Assembly (NCBI GenBank): GCA_965365655.1
Contig: CBDUCN010000001.1
Location: 1-59,985, forward strand
Direction of reading: 5' to 3'
DNA length: 59,985 bases
Origin: an uncultured Gammaproteobacteria bacterium
GTDB taxonomy: Bacteria > Pseudomonadota > Gammaproteobacteria > HK1
Shown: positions 47,401 to 57,275 of the stretch, one piece after another
Numbering within the stretch: position 1 is the first letter of the stretch
How the letters are laid out: every line of letters begins with the position of its first letter
The notes under the pieces: model-generated
What the model was told of the DNA's origin: nothing
Seen by the model: the letters and a program-made list of their open reading frames with translations, nothing else
Databases searched by the model: none
Translations under genes and position numbers: made by a program

Positions 47401-48445
47401 CGACACTGCGACCCTGGAGGGCGCGGGAGCGGCCGGGGAGAGCGGCGAGAAGGCGCTGCCCGGCGAGGAGCCGGAGCTCGATTTCGATCTCGGCGACACC
47501 GGCGCGGGTGCCGCCTCGATCGATGAGGGCGCGGCAGCCGGAGAGGAGTCGCTGGACTTCGATCTGGGCGACACGGGCGGCACGCCCGCGGGCGGCGAGG
47601 AGGAAGAGCCCCTCGACCTGTCCCTGGATGCCGGCGCGTCCGGCGACGAGGAGCTCACGAGCCTGAACGATCCGTTCGGCGACAGCGGGTCCGGCGACGA
47701 GCTGCCGTCGCTGGACATGGAGCTGGACGCCGGCGGCGAAGAGGGGGAGCGCAGCGCCGGCGAGGACCTTTCCCTGGACGGCGAGGACTTTTCCCTGGAC
47801 ATGGACGCCGACGATCTGCGCATCGATCAGGACGCCGCGACCGAGGTGTCGGAGGACGCGTTCGAGGACGCGCGCACCGAGGTGGGCGGCGGTTCGGGGC
47901 TGGACCTGTCCCTGGACGGCGGCGACGGCACCACCCGCGGCGGTGGCGGAACCAGCGAGGACGACGGGCCCGGCACCGTGCAGCTCAGCCCGGACGATGC
48001 CGACGCGCTGCGCCCGCCGGGACTGTCCGGCGACGAGGGCGGCGAGGGCTTCGGGGTGGACACCGAGTTCCGGGGCATCTTCGACGGCGGCGGCGCCAGC
48101 GACGCGGGCGACGCGTCCAGCCTGGACTTCGATCTCGGCACCGACCTCGACGAGCAGCCGTCGGGCGAAGGCGGCAGCGACATGGAAGACACCCAGTTCA
48201 TGCTGCGTGACGCGCCGGGCGCGGACACCCCGGGGTCCGACGACGAGGACGAGGACCACACGCTGGTCCTGGGCCGCGGCGCCTCCGGGGAGGTGGACGA
48301 GATGCAGACCAAGCTCGACCTCGCGCAGGCGTACATGGACATGGGCGACACGGAAGGTGCGCGCAACCTGCTAGGCGAGGTGATGGCCGAGGGTGGCGAG
48401 GCGCAGCAGGACCAGGCCAGGGAGATGCTCGGCAAGCTGAGCTGA
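44465..48445 (+). CDS. fimV: FimV/HubP-family polar landmark protein (LysM, TM anchor, long acidic repeat region, C-terminal FimV TPR-like motif)
   Basis: Signal peptide MIRKTVLAATVAALLVPAVANA. Conserved FimV N-domain LGLGNIQVESGLNEPLRARIPV. LysM YGPVRDGETLWSIADRI. TM segment LWSVLGGLGALLVGLGGLGWARRRK. C-terminal KLDLAQAYMDMGDTEGARNLLGEVMAEG. Start at ATG 44465. Confidence 0.85.
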   Translation: MIRKTVLAATVAALLVPAVANALGLGNIQVESGLNEPLRARIPVRGAGPGELQELNAALGDEEQFQRAGLERVFELTRLRFKVVETSGDAGYIEVTTPGPVAEPFLNFLVDVVWSRGRVLREYTVLLDPPVYGAAISSAMQQRVQTVDTLPETAAPQRTPSPPPAVAPPTPPRAAAPPRVAPPPVAAAPRYSGDSYGPVRDGETLWSIADRIRPAGASIQSMMLALLEANPEAFTIENINALRTGAVLRIPPASELLDDKATALAEVASQHALWEEYRQSLTGAVTAQPGRAGSMEPAPSAPAAPAAASTTPPADGARSKLELLGAGAAGAGAAGTGGDAALARLRDELSVAQEEADAARQQNTELRSRLGEAESLVDDLKRLVELKEEQLADLQNQLARAEAAPPAPPVETAPAPTVAAPAQPAEPPAVSEPPAAAEPAAPKKPRRAPPPPPPPAPTSFLDEINAMLPVPLWSVLGGLGALLVGLGGLGWARRRKKAAADEGAEQETEPTRGSMIDQYARTELPVEEDEDATQMPAAAAAAAAVAAHEEADEERTQIGAPVAPPPSAAAPPAEDEEDPLAEVNVYLAYERFDQAEQLVRDAVERYPERNDYRLKLLEVFYAAKNVAGFETAAAALRDVVGDEDSLMQQARDWWDDLDTGRALLSPEGAGPDTARTPPSATDESDVFDVTAGAGSGTEVGDETGVDFDLGFEGGEKTEAPSGLDFDLGSDEGEGEAGSLDFDLGDLGVQPEEPEAGAAAKRESSDTGLDFDLAAGAAPGEESGGTGLDFDLGDLGETQAGETQTDKTAPLAPGGSIPERVGGADEEMDFDLTGLDDGSQTLDAERGGEGAQSLDFEAGSGAEERTARQGEAGEESGLDFDLSDTMTMDSDALERVKAEDDLPEEPPESGGEDSGLDFDLSDTTVFGGGADAAQGDATEVAADSDLDFDLGDLGDEDKAPAAGAAEAPEDTRAELDFDLGDTATLEGAGAAGESGEKALPGEEPELDFDLGDTGAGAASIDEGAAAGEESLDFDLGDTGGTPAGGEEEEPLDLSLDAGASGDEELTSLNDPFGDSGSGDELPSLDMELDAGGEEGERSAGEDLSLDGEDFSLDMDADDLRIDQDAATEVSEDAFEDARTEVGGGSGLDLSLDGGDGTTRGGGGTSEDDGPGTVQLSPDDADALRPPGLSGDEGGEGFGVDTEFRGIFDGGGASDAGDASSLDFDLGTDLDEQPSGEGGSDMEDTQFMLRDAPGADTPGSDDEDEDHTLVLGRGASGEVDEMQTKLDLAQAYMDMGDTEGARNLLGEVMAEGGEAQQDQAREMLGKLS
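46577..47570 (+). repeat. In-frame degenerate repeats encoding (L/V/M)DFDL(G/S/A/T) acidic motifs within fimV
   Basis: 12 copies of xDFDLx counted in the translated protein in this interval, plus one at 48121-48140 and several degenerate copies (LDFEAG, LDLSLD, LDMELD). The DNA core is GACTTCGAYCTS. Confidence 0.8.
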
Positions 48446-48486
48446 GCGTCCCGTCCGGGGCTCCTGCAGGGTGACAAGGCGCGGCC

Positions 48487-49266
48487 ATGCGGATCGCCAT
48501 CGGCGTCGAGTACGACGGGCGGCGCTTCCACGGGTGGGAGCTTCAGTCCCACGCCCGCACGGTGCAGCAGGTGCTCGAGGCCGCGCTGTCGAGGGTCGCC
48601 GATGCGCCGGTGCGCACCGTGTGCGCGGGGCGCACCGACGCCAGGGTGCACGGCCTCGCGCAGGTGGCCCACTTCGATACCGAGGCCCGGCGCGACGAGC
48701 GCGCATGGGTGTTCGGCGCCAACAGCAACCTTCCGGACGACGTCGCCGTGCTGTGGGCGTTGCCGGTCGCGGACGCGTTTCACGCCCGCTTCTCCGCCGA
48801 GCGGCGCCGGTACCGCTACGTGATCCTGAACCGGCCGGTGCGGCCCGCCGTGCTGCGCGGTCGGGTCACGTGGGAGTGCCGCCTGCTCGACGAGGAGCGC
48901 ATGTCGCGGGCGGCCGAGGCGCTGCTGGGCGAGCACGATTTCTCCGCGTTCCGTGCCGCGGGCTGCCAGGCGCGCACGCCGGTGCGCACGCTGCACCGCC
49001 TCGACGTGCGGCGCGACGGCGACTTCGTCCTGCTGGAGGTGGAGGCGAACGCGTTCCTGCAGCGCATGGTGCGCAACATCGCGGGGGTGCTGATCGCGAT
49101 CGGCTGCGGGCGCGAGGACGTGGGCTGGGCCGCCCGGGTGCTGGCGGGACGCGACCGCAGCCTCGGCGGCGTCACGGCGCCGCCGGACGGGCTGTACCTG
49201 TGCGAGGTGCGCTATCCGGACGACTACCGCCTGCCTCGCCTTTCGCCGCGGATCTGGCTTTGGTAA
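48487..49266 (+). CDS. truA: tRNA pseudouridine(38-40) synthase
   Basis: MRIAIGVEYDGRRFHGWELQ..., AGRTDARVHG (catalytic Asp). Confidence 0.95.
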   Translation: MRIAIGVEYDGRRFHGWELQSHARTVQQVLEAALSRVADAPVRTVCAGRTDARVHGLAQVAHFDTEARRDERAWVFGANSNLPDDVAVLWALPVADAFHARFSAERRRYRYVILNRPVRPAVLRGRVTWECRLLDEERMSRAAEALLGEHDFSAFRAAGCQARTPVRTLHRLDVRRDGDFVLLEVEANAFLQRMVRNIAGVLIAIGCGREDVGWAARVLAGRDRSLGGVTAPPDGLYLCEVRYPDDYRLPRLSPRIWLW

Positions 49267-49399
49267 CGTCTCCGCCTTTGGCCGTTGCGCGGGTGTGCAT
49301 CCAGGTCGCCGGGCGCGCGCACGAGGAGGCTCCGGCGGGCCGCGCGCGACGCCGCCCGGGACGGCCTCGCGGCACGGTGCGGCGGCCGGGGAAGGGACG

Positions 49400-50051
49400 G
49401 TGACGACGGACGCGGAGCCCGGGCCGACGCTCGTTTCGGGCACGCGCGTGCGGGTCAAGTTCTGCGGCATGACGCGCGCCGAGGACGCGCGCGCGGCCGC
49501 GTCGCTCGGGGCCGACGCGATCGGGCTCATCTTCCACCCGCCGAGCCCGCGCGGGGTGGACGCCGAGCAGGCGGCCGCGGTGGTGCGTGGCCTCGCGCCG
49601 TTCGTCACGCGCGTGGGCGTGTTCGTGGATCCGGATCCGGCGACCCTGGAGCACGTGCTGTCGCGCGTCGCGCTGGACCTGCTGCAGTTCCACGGCGACG
49701 AGCCCGCGGATCTGTGCGCCGCGTCCGGGCGGCCGTGGATCAAGGCGGTCGCGATGCGCGGACCGGGGGACGCGCTCGCCGCCGCGCGGCGATACCCGGG
49801 CGCTGCCGCGCTGCTCCTCGACACGTGGAGCGCGCGCAGCAGGGGAGGCACCGGGCGCACCTTCGACTGGTCGATGGTGCCGCGGGATCTGGGCACGCCC
49901 GTGCTGCTGGCCGGGGGGCTCGCGCCGGACAACGTGGCCGAGGCCGTGCGTGCGGTGCACCCCTACGCGGTGGACACCGCGAGCGGGGTCGAGTCCGCGC
50001 CCGGGGTGAAGGATCACGACAAGATGAAGGCATTCATTCGAGAGGTGACGC

Positions 50052-50077
<26 letters not shown>
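49400..50077 (+). CDS. trpF: Phosphoribosylanthranilate isomerase
   Basis: [12 protein letters not shown]..., [30 protein letters not shown] 49400 is preceded by GAAGGGA. GTG 49448 is an alternative start. Overlaps the trpB start by 26 nt. Confidence 0.85.
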
Positions 50078-51280
<1,203 letters not shown>

Positions 51281-51284
<4 letters not shown>

Positions 51285-52090
51285 GCCGCATCGCATCGCG
51301 TTTCGAGGAGCTGCGCGCCGCGGGCCGGCGCGCGCTGGTGACCTTCGTCACCGCCGGCGATCCGCAGCCGTCGGTGACGCTGCCGCTGATGCACGCGCTG
51401 GTGGAGGCCGGGGCCGACGTGCTGGAGCTGGGCGTGCCGTTCTCCGACCCGATGGCCGACGGCCCGGTGATCCAGCTCGGCAACGAGCGGGCCCTGGTGC
51501 ACGGCGTCACGCTGGACCAGGTGCTCGAGACCGTCGCGGCGTTCCGCGAGCGCGACGCGCTGACGCCGGTCGTGCTGATGGGCTATCTCAACCCGATCGA
51601 GCGCAAGGGCTACGCCGAGACCGCGGCGCGCGCCGCGCAGGCCGGCGTCGACGGCTTCATCGTCGTGGACATGCCGCCCGAGGAGGCCGACGAGCTCCAC
51701 GCCGCACTGCGCGAGAAGGGCCTGGATCTCATCTTCCTGCTCGCGCCCACCAGCTCGCCCGCGCGCATTCGCGCGGTGTGCGAGCGCGCCAGCGGCTTCG
51801 TGTACTACGTGTCGCTGAAGGGCGTGACGGGCGCGGGGCACCTCGACGTCGACCAGGTGGCCGCGAAGGTGGCCGAGATCAGATCCGCCACCGAGCTGCC
51901 GGTGGGCGTGGGCTTCGGCATCCGCGACGGCGAGTCGGCAGCGCGCATCGGCCGCGTCAGCGACGCGGTGGTCGTCGGCAGCGCCCTGGTGTCGCGCGTC
52001 GCGGAGCTGGCCGGCGAGCCCGAGCGCGTGCCGGCGCACGTGGCGGCGCTCGTCGCCGACATGCGCGCGGCCCTCGATTCAGCGGCGTGA
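51281..52090 (+). CDS. trpA: Tryptophan synthase alpha chain
   Basis: GTG 51281 forms a GTGA overlap with the trpB stop. [39 protein letters not shown]. Confidence 0.9.
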
Positions 52091-52130
52091 ACGCCGGCGT
52101 CCGCCCGCTGCCCGCCAGGGAGCCGCCGCG

Positions 52131-52991
52131 ATGAGCTGGTTCGAGAAGCTGATCCCGTCGCGCATCCGCACCGAGGGCAACAACAAGCGCAGCATTCCCG
52201 AGGGCCTGTGGAGCAAGTGCTCCGAGTGCCAGTCCGTGCTCTACCGCGCCGAGCTGGAGCGCAACTTCGACGTCTGCCCGCGCTGCTCGTACCACCTGCG
52301 CCAGTCCGCGCGCCGGCGCCTCGAGCAGTTCCTGGACGCGGAGTCCGGGGTCGAGATCGGGGCCGGCGTGACCCCGGTGGACGGCCTGCGCTTCAGGGAC
52401 TCCAAGCGCTACAAGGACCGCCTGCTCGCGGCGCAGAAGGAGACCGGCGAGCAGGACGCGCTGGTCGTGATGGCGGGCCGCGTGCTGGGCGTGCCGCTGG
52501 TGAGCGCCGCGTTCGACTTCCGCTTCCTCGGCGGCTCGATGGGCTCGGTCGTCGGCGAGCGCTTCGTGCGCGCGGTGGATGCGTGCGTGGACGAGGCGCT
52601 GCCGTTGGTGTGTTTCATGGCGAGCGGCGGCGCGCGCATGCAGGAGGCGCTGTACTCGCTGATGCAGATGGCCAAGACCAGCGCCGCGCTGGGCCGGCTC
52701 GCCGACGCGCGCCAGCCCTTCCTGTCGGTGCTCACCGACCCGACCATGGGCGGCGTGTCCGCGAGCATCGGCATGCTGGGCGACGTGAACATCGCCGAGC
52801 CGAAGGCGCTGATCGGGTTCGCCGGGCCGCGGGTGATCGAGCAGACCGTGAAGGAGACGCTGCCGGAGGGCTTCCAGCGCTCGGAGTTCCTGCTCGAGCA
52901 CGGCGCGATCGACCTGATCGTGGATCGCCGCGAGATGCGCGAGCGCATCGCGTCCCTGCTCGCGATGCTCACCCATCAGCCAGCGCCGTAG
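52131..52991 (+). CDS. accD: Acetyl-CoA carboxylase carboxyltransferase beta subunit
   Basis: Zn-ribbon [26 protein letters not shown], then [12 protein letters not shown] and SGGARMQE. Confidence 0.95.
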   Translation: MSWFEKLIPSRIRTEGNNKRSIPEGLWSKCSECQSVLYRAELERNFDVCPRCSYHLRQSARRRLEQFLDAESGVEIGAGVTPVDGLRFRDSKRYKDRLLAAQKETGEQDALVVMAGRVLGVPLVSAAFDFRFLGGSMGSVVGERFVRAVDACVDEALPLVCFMASGGARMQEALYSLMQMAKTSAALGRLADARQPFLSVLTDPTMGGVSASIGMLGDVNIAEPKALIGFAGPRVIEQTVKETLPEGFQRSEFLLEHGAIDLIVDRREMRERIASLLAMLTHQPAP

Positions 52992-53025
52992 GCGTACGAC
53001 CTCGCGCCCTCCCCACGACCTGTCG

Positions 53026-54318
53026 ATGGCGCCGCAGCGCCCCCGCGACCTCGACGGCTGGCTGGCGTGGCAGGAGCGCATCAATCCCCGTGGCATCGAG
53101 CTGGGCCTGGAACGGCTGCGCCCGGTCGCGGCGCGCATGGGGATCGACGGGCCGGGTGCCGCGCTGATCACGGTCGCCGGCACCAACGGCAAGGGCTCCA
53201 GCGTCGCGTTCCTGGAGGCGCTCGCCATCGCCCACGGCATCACGCCCGGGTGCTACCAGTCGCCGCACCTGCTGCGCTACAACGAGAGCGTGCGCGTCGG
53301 CGGTCACGCGGTGAGCGACGCGGTGCTGGTGGACGCGTTCGCGCGGGTCGAGGCGGCGCGCGGCGACATCGCGCTGACGGCCTTCGAGCACCGTACCCTC
53401 GCCGCGATGGACATCCTGCGCCGCGCCGCGCCGGGGCTCGTGATCCTGGAGGTGGGCATGGGCGGGCGGCTGGACGCGGTGAACCTGCTGGATGCGGACG
53501 TCGCGCTGATCACCGCCGTGGGACTGGACCACCGGGAGTGGCTGGGTGACACCCTGCAGGCCGTCGCGCGCGAGAAGTCCGGCATCATGCGCGCCGGGCG
53601 TCCGGTGGTGTGCAGCGACCCCGGAAGTGCCGCGCTGCTCGCGCCGCTGGCGGCGGGCGCCGGCGCGCGCGCGCTGCTGGCGGGGGAGCACTACCGCTTC
53701 GGTGCGCACGAGGGTGACGGGCGCTGGTGGCTGGAATCGCCCGCGGGGCGCTTCGACGCGCTGCCGCCGCCCCGGCTCGCAGGCGCTCACCAGCGCGCGA
53801 ATGCGGCGGGCGCTGCGATGGCCTGGCAGGCGCTGGGGCCGCGCGTGCCGGCGCTGGACGCGCACGCGCTGCGCGGCGCGCTCGCCGCGGCCTGGGTCGC
53901 GGGGCGGCTGCAGCGCGTTCCCGGGACTGCGGACGCCTGGGTGGACGTCGCGCACAATCCGCAGGCGGCGGCCGCGCTCGCCGGCTGGCTCGCGCAGGGC
54001 CCGCAGGCCCACGTGCTGTGCGCGATGTACCGCGACAAGGACCTCGAGGGCACCGTGAGCGCGATCGCGCCGTGCGTCGCCGAGTGGCACCTCGCGGGGC
54101 TCGCGCCGCCACGCGGCGCGCCCGTGGAGCGCCTCGCGGAGGCGCTCGCGGCCGCCGCGCCCGGTGCGCGCCGCACGCTGCACCCGGACGTGGCCGCGGC
54201 GTGGACTGCGCTGCGTCCGCGGGTGCGCCGCGGCGGGCGCGTCGTTGCGTTCGGTTCCTTCGAGACGGCGCGACGGGTGCTTCGCCTTGAAAGCCCCGGG
54301 ACCACCCTCGACACTTAG
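53026..54318 (+). CDS. folC: Bifunctional folylpolyglutamate synthase / dihydrofolate synthase
   Basis: P-loop VAGTNGKGS, ILEVGMGGRLDA and GLDHREWLG, characteristic of the Mur-ligase family. Confidence 0.9.
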   Translation: MAPQRPRDLDGWLAWQERINPRGIELGLERLRPVAARMGIDGPGAALITVAGTNGKGSSVAFLEALAIAHGITPGCYQSPHLLRYNESVRVGGHAVSDAVLVDAFARVEAARGDIALTAFEHRTLAAMDILRRAAPGLVILEVGMGGRLDAVNLLDADVALITAVGLDHREWLGDTLQAVAREKSGIMRAGRPVVCSDPGSAALLAPLAAGAGARALLAGEHYRFGAHEGDGRWWLESPAGRFDALPPPRLAGAHQRANAAGAAMAWQALGPRVPALDAHALRGALAAAWVAGRLQRVPGTADAWVDVAHNPQAAAALAGWLAQGPQAHVLCAMYRDKDLEGTVSAIAPCVAEWHLAGLAPPRGAPVERLAEALAAAAPGARRTLHPDVAAAWTALRPRVRRGGRVVAFGSFETARRVLRLESPGTTLDT

Positions 54319-54321
54319 CGC

Positions 54322-54951
54322 GTGGAACCGCAGGTCAAAGAGCGCCTGGTCGGGGCCGTGGTGCTGGTGTGCGCGGCGGTGATCGTGCTGCCGATGGTGC
54401 TGTCGGGGAATCGCGACGCGCCGTCCCGCGAGACGCCCGCCGCGCGGCCCGAGCCACCGCCGGCGCCCGAGCCCTCGTTTTCCTCGCGCATCGTGCCCCT
54501 CGCGCCGGTGGATCCGCCGGCGCCGCGCGGCGACGCTCCGGAGCCGGCCCCGGAGACCGCCGCCGCGCCGCCACCGCCCGCGAAGCCCCAGCGTCCCGCG
54601 CCGTCGCCGCCACCGCCCGCGACGCCCCAGCGTCCCGCGCCGTCGCCGCCGCCCGCCACGCGCCCCGCGGCGCCGCCGCCGGCGCCCGCGGCGCCGGAAG
54701 CGCGCGCGGACGGCGACTGGGTGGTGCAGCTCGGAAGCTTTTCCAACGCCCGCAACGCCCGCGCCCTGCGCGACCGGCTGCGCTCGGGGGGATATCCGGC
54801 GTTCACGCGGTCCACCACCCACGACGGTGCCAAGGTCACCCGCGTGTACGTGGGACCGCAGGCAAGCCGCGAGCGGGCCGAGGAGATGGTGTCCCGGCTG
54901 CTGCGCGAGACGCGCCTCAAGGGCATGGTGCTGCGCAATCCCGAGCGCTGA
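54322..54951 (+). CDS. SPOR-domain cell-division protein (DedD-like) with Pro-rich linker
   Basis: GTG start, N-terminal [21 protein letters not shown], Pro/Ala-rich linker, and C-terminal SPOR domain [31 protein letters not shown]. Confidence 0.85.
   Translation: MEPQVKERLVGAVVLVCAAVIVLPMVLSGNRDAPSRETPAARPEPPPAPEPSFSSRIVPLAPVDPPAPRGDAPEPAPETAAAPPPPAKPQRPAPSPPPPATPQRPAPSPPPATRPAAPPPAPAAPEARADGDWVVQLGSFSNARNARALRDRLRSGGYPAFTRSTTHDGAKVTRVYVGPQASRERAEEMVSRLLRETRLKGMVLRNPER
54571..54648 (+). repeat. Two tandem 39-bp units (one mismatch) inside the SPOR-protein linker
   Basis: Units at 54571-54609 and 54610-54648: CCACCGCCCGCGA(A/C)GCCCCAGCGTCCCGCGCCGTCGCCG. They encode [13 protein letters not shown] / [13 protein letters not shown]. 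Confidence 0.85.
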
Positions 54952-54968
54952 ACCGGAGCACGACGCAC

Positions 54969-55550
54969 ATGGGCGCACTCGGCTGGATCGACATCGTTCT
55001 CATCGGCGTGGTCGCGCTGTCGGCAGCGATCAGCCTGCTGCGCGGCTTCCTGCGCGAGGCGCTCGCGCTGGCGGGCTGGGTCGCGGCCGTGTGGCTCGCG
55101 CTGACTTTCACCGAGCCGGTGGCGGCGCTGTTCACGGAGCAGGTGAGCGTGCCGTCGATACGGATGGGCATGGCCTTCCTGCTGCTGTTCGTCGGTGCGC
55201 TTGTCGCGTCCGGGATCCTGGTGTGGCTGGTGGGGCTGCTGGTGGACAAGACCGGGCTGTCGGGAACCGACCGCATGCTGGGCGTCGTGTTCGGCGCCGC
55301 CCGCGGCGTCATCATCGCGGCGCTGCTGGTGCTGCTGGCCGGGCTCACGCCGCTGCCGCGCGACCCCTGGTGGCGCGACTCGCTGCTGCTGCCGCACTTC
55401 CAGCAGGTCGCGGAGCAGATGCGCACGCTGCTGCCCGAGGACATCGCGACGCTGGTGGATTTCTCGGCGCTCGCGCCGGCCGCGCCGGCGCGGCCGGATC
55501 CTGCGCCGCCCCCGGGCGCACCGGTTCTCAACCCGGGGGCCAGCGGTTAA
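54969..55550 (+). CDS. cvpA: Colicin V production membrane protein CvpA
   Basis: [32 protein letters not shown]..., four TM segments. Start at ATG 54969. Confidence 0.85.
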   Translation: MGALGWIDIVLIGVVALSAAISLLRGFLREALALAGWVAAVWLALTFTEPVAALFTEQVSVPSIRMGMAFLLLFVGALVASGILVWLVGLLVDKTGLSGTDRMLGVVFGAARGVIIAALLVLLAGLTPLPRDPWWRDSLLLPHFQQVAEQMRTLLPEDIATLVDFSALAPAAPARPDPAPPPGAPVLNPGASG

Positions 55551-55606
55551 CATCCGGCGCGGTACCCAGCTCCACCGGCCCCAGCCCAGGACGCAGCCTC
55601 CCGCCC

Positions 55607-57088
55607 ATGTGCGGCATCGTCGGCATCGTCGGACATTCCAACGTCAACCAGGACATCTACGATGCCCTGACGGTGCTGCAGCACCGTGGGCAGGACGCGG
55701 CGGGGATCGCGACCTGCGAGGGGCACGAGCTGTTCCTGCGCAAGGACAACGGGCTGGTGCGCGACGTGTTCCGCACGCGCCACATGCTCAAGCTGCGCGG
55801 CCACATGGGCATCGGCCACGTGCGCTATCCGACCGCCGGCACACCCGACGCCCTCGAGGCGCAGCCGTTCTACACCAGCGCGCCGTACGGCATCACGCTG
55901 GCCCACAACGGCAACCTGATCAACGCCGAGCAGCTCAAGCGCGAGGTGTTCCTCGAGGACCTGCGCCACGTGAACACGAACTCCGACTCGGAGATCCTGC
56001 TCAACGTGCTGGCCCACGAGCTGCAGAAGCTGGGCAAGCTGCGCCTCGCGCCTGAGGACATCTTCCACGCGGTGGCTCAGGTGCACCAGCGCTGCAGCGG
56101 CGGCTACGCGGTGGTCGCGATGATCGTGGGCTACGGGGTGCTCGCGTTCCGCGATCCGCTGGGCATCCGCCCGGTGTGCTTCGGGCGGCGCGACGGCGCC
56201 GACGGCCCGGAGTACATGGTGGCTTCGGAGAGCGTGGCGCTCGACGCGCTGGGCTTCGAGCTGATCCGTGACCTCGTCCCCGGCGAGGCGGTGTACATCG
56301 ACGGCTACTCTCGCCTGCACCTCGAGCAGTGCGCGCCGGAGCACGATCACGCGCCGTGCATCTTCGAGTTCGTGTACCTCGCGCGGCCGGACTCCATCAT
56401 CGACAACGTGTCCGTCTACAAGGCGCGTCTGCGCATGGGCGAGCACCTCGCGGAGAAGATCCTGCGCGAGTGGCCGGACCACGACATCGACGTGGTGATC
56501 CCCATCCCGGACACCAGCCGCACCGCGGCGCTGCCGCTCGCGTACAACCTCGGCGTCAAGTACCGCGAGGGCTTCATCAAGAACCGCTACATCGGGCGAA
56601 CCTTCATCATGCCGGGGCAGACCGAGCGCAAGAAGTCGGTGCGCCAGAAGCTCAACGCGATCGGGCTCGAGTTCGAGGGCAAGAACGTCCTGCTCGTGGA
56701 CGACTCCATCGTGCGCGGCACCACGTCGCAGCAGATCATCGAGATGGCGCGCGAGGCCGGCGCGCGCAACGTGTACTTCGCGTCCGCGGCGCCGCCGGTG
56801 CGCTACCAGAACGTGTACGGCATCGACATGCCGGTGGCGGGCGAGCTGGTGGCGCACAACCGCACGGAGGAGCAGGTGGCGCGCGAGATCGGCGCCGACC
56901 GGCTCATCTACCAGAGCGTGGAGGATCTCATCGAGTCGGTGCGCCGCGGCAACCCCGGGGTGTCGCGCTTCGACCTGTCGTGCTTCACCGGCGACTACGT
57001 CACCGGCGGCGTGTCCACCGACTATCTCGAGCGCATCGCGGAGCAGCGCAACGACGACGCCAAGGAGCGCCAGAAGCTCGCGATGTGA
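55607..57088 (+). CDS. purF: Amidophosphoribosyltransferase
   Basis: [10 protein letters not shown] (N-terminal nucleophile Cys), HRGQDAAGI, PRTase motif [13 protein letters not shown]. Confidence 0.95.
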   Translation: MCGIVGIVGHSNVNQDIYDALTVLQHRGQDAAGIATCEGHELFLRKDNGLVRDVFRTRHMLKLRGHMGIGHVRYPTAGTPDALEAQPFYTSAPYGITLAHNGNLINAEQLKREVFLEDLRHVNTNSDSEILLNVLAHELQKLGKLRLAPEDIFHAVAQVHQRCSGGYAVVAMIVGYGVLAFRDPLGIRPVCFGRRDGADGPEYMVASESVALDALGFELIRDLVPGEAVYIDGYSRLHLEQCAPEHDHAPCIFEFVYLARPDSIIDNVSVYKARLRMGEHLAEKILREWPDHDIDVVIPIPDTSRTAALPLAYNLGVKYREGFIKNRYIGRTFIMPGQTERKKSVRQKLNAIGLEFEGKNVLLVDDSIVRGTTSQQIIEMAREAGARNVYFASAAPPVRYQNVYGIDMPVAGELVAHNRTEEQVAREIGADRLIYQSVEDLIESVRRGNPGVSRFDLSCFTGDYVTGGVSTDYLERIAEQRNDDAKERQKLAM

Positions 57089-57110
57089 GCGCCGCCGTCG
57101 CGGGCCCCTG

Positions 57111-57244
57111 TTGACACCGCGCCGCCGGCCTCCTACCTTTACCTGACAGCGCCGATTTGATCCGTCAGCTTGCGGGCGCTTTATAAATACGGCTAAAGCG
57201 AGGCAGAACCTGCCTTGGCTTCCGCTGACGGCGGGTTTTTTTTT
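57111..57244 (+). promoter_or_regulatory. Candidate promoter plus ~95-nt structured RNA ending in a U9 tract, upstream of metZ (leader attenuator, riboswitch-like element or sRNA; class unassigned)
   Basis: TTGACA (57111-57116) - 17 nt - TACCTT (57134-57139). 8-bp outer helix CCGTCAGC (57162-57169) / GCTGACGG (57224-57231) encloses two hairpins: CGCTTTA/TAAAGCG (57177-57200) and AGGCAG-AAC-CTGCCT (57201-57215). T9 runs from 57236 to 57244. Confidence 0.4.
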
Positions 57245-57275
57245 GCCCGCGCGGCGCGCGGGCGGGAGCTGTCAG

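Noticed and set aside
46577-47570. Possible CRISPR or non-coding tandem repeat array, given the regularly recurring GACTTCGACCTCGG-like sequence.
   Set aside because: The repeats are short (about 15-18 nt), lie in frame within the fimV ORF and have coding spacers of variable length. They encode the DFDL motif and are not a CRISPR array.
57146-57244. Assignment of the purF-metZ element to the SAM-II riboswitch class.
   Set aside because: Only short strings (CGAUUU, AGCUUG, AAAGC) resemble what I remember of the consensus. The 3' AAAGCG pairs better in a local hairpin than in the SAM-II pseudoknot. I reported it as an unassigned structured element.
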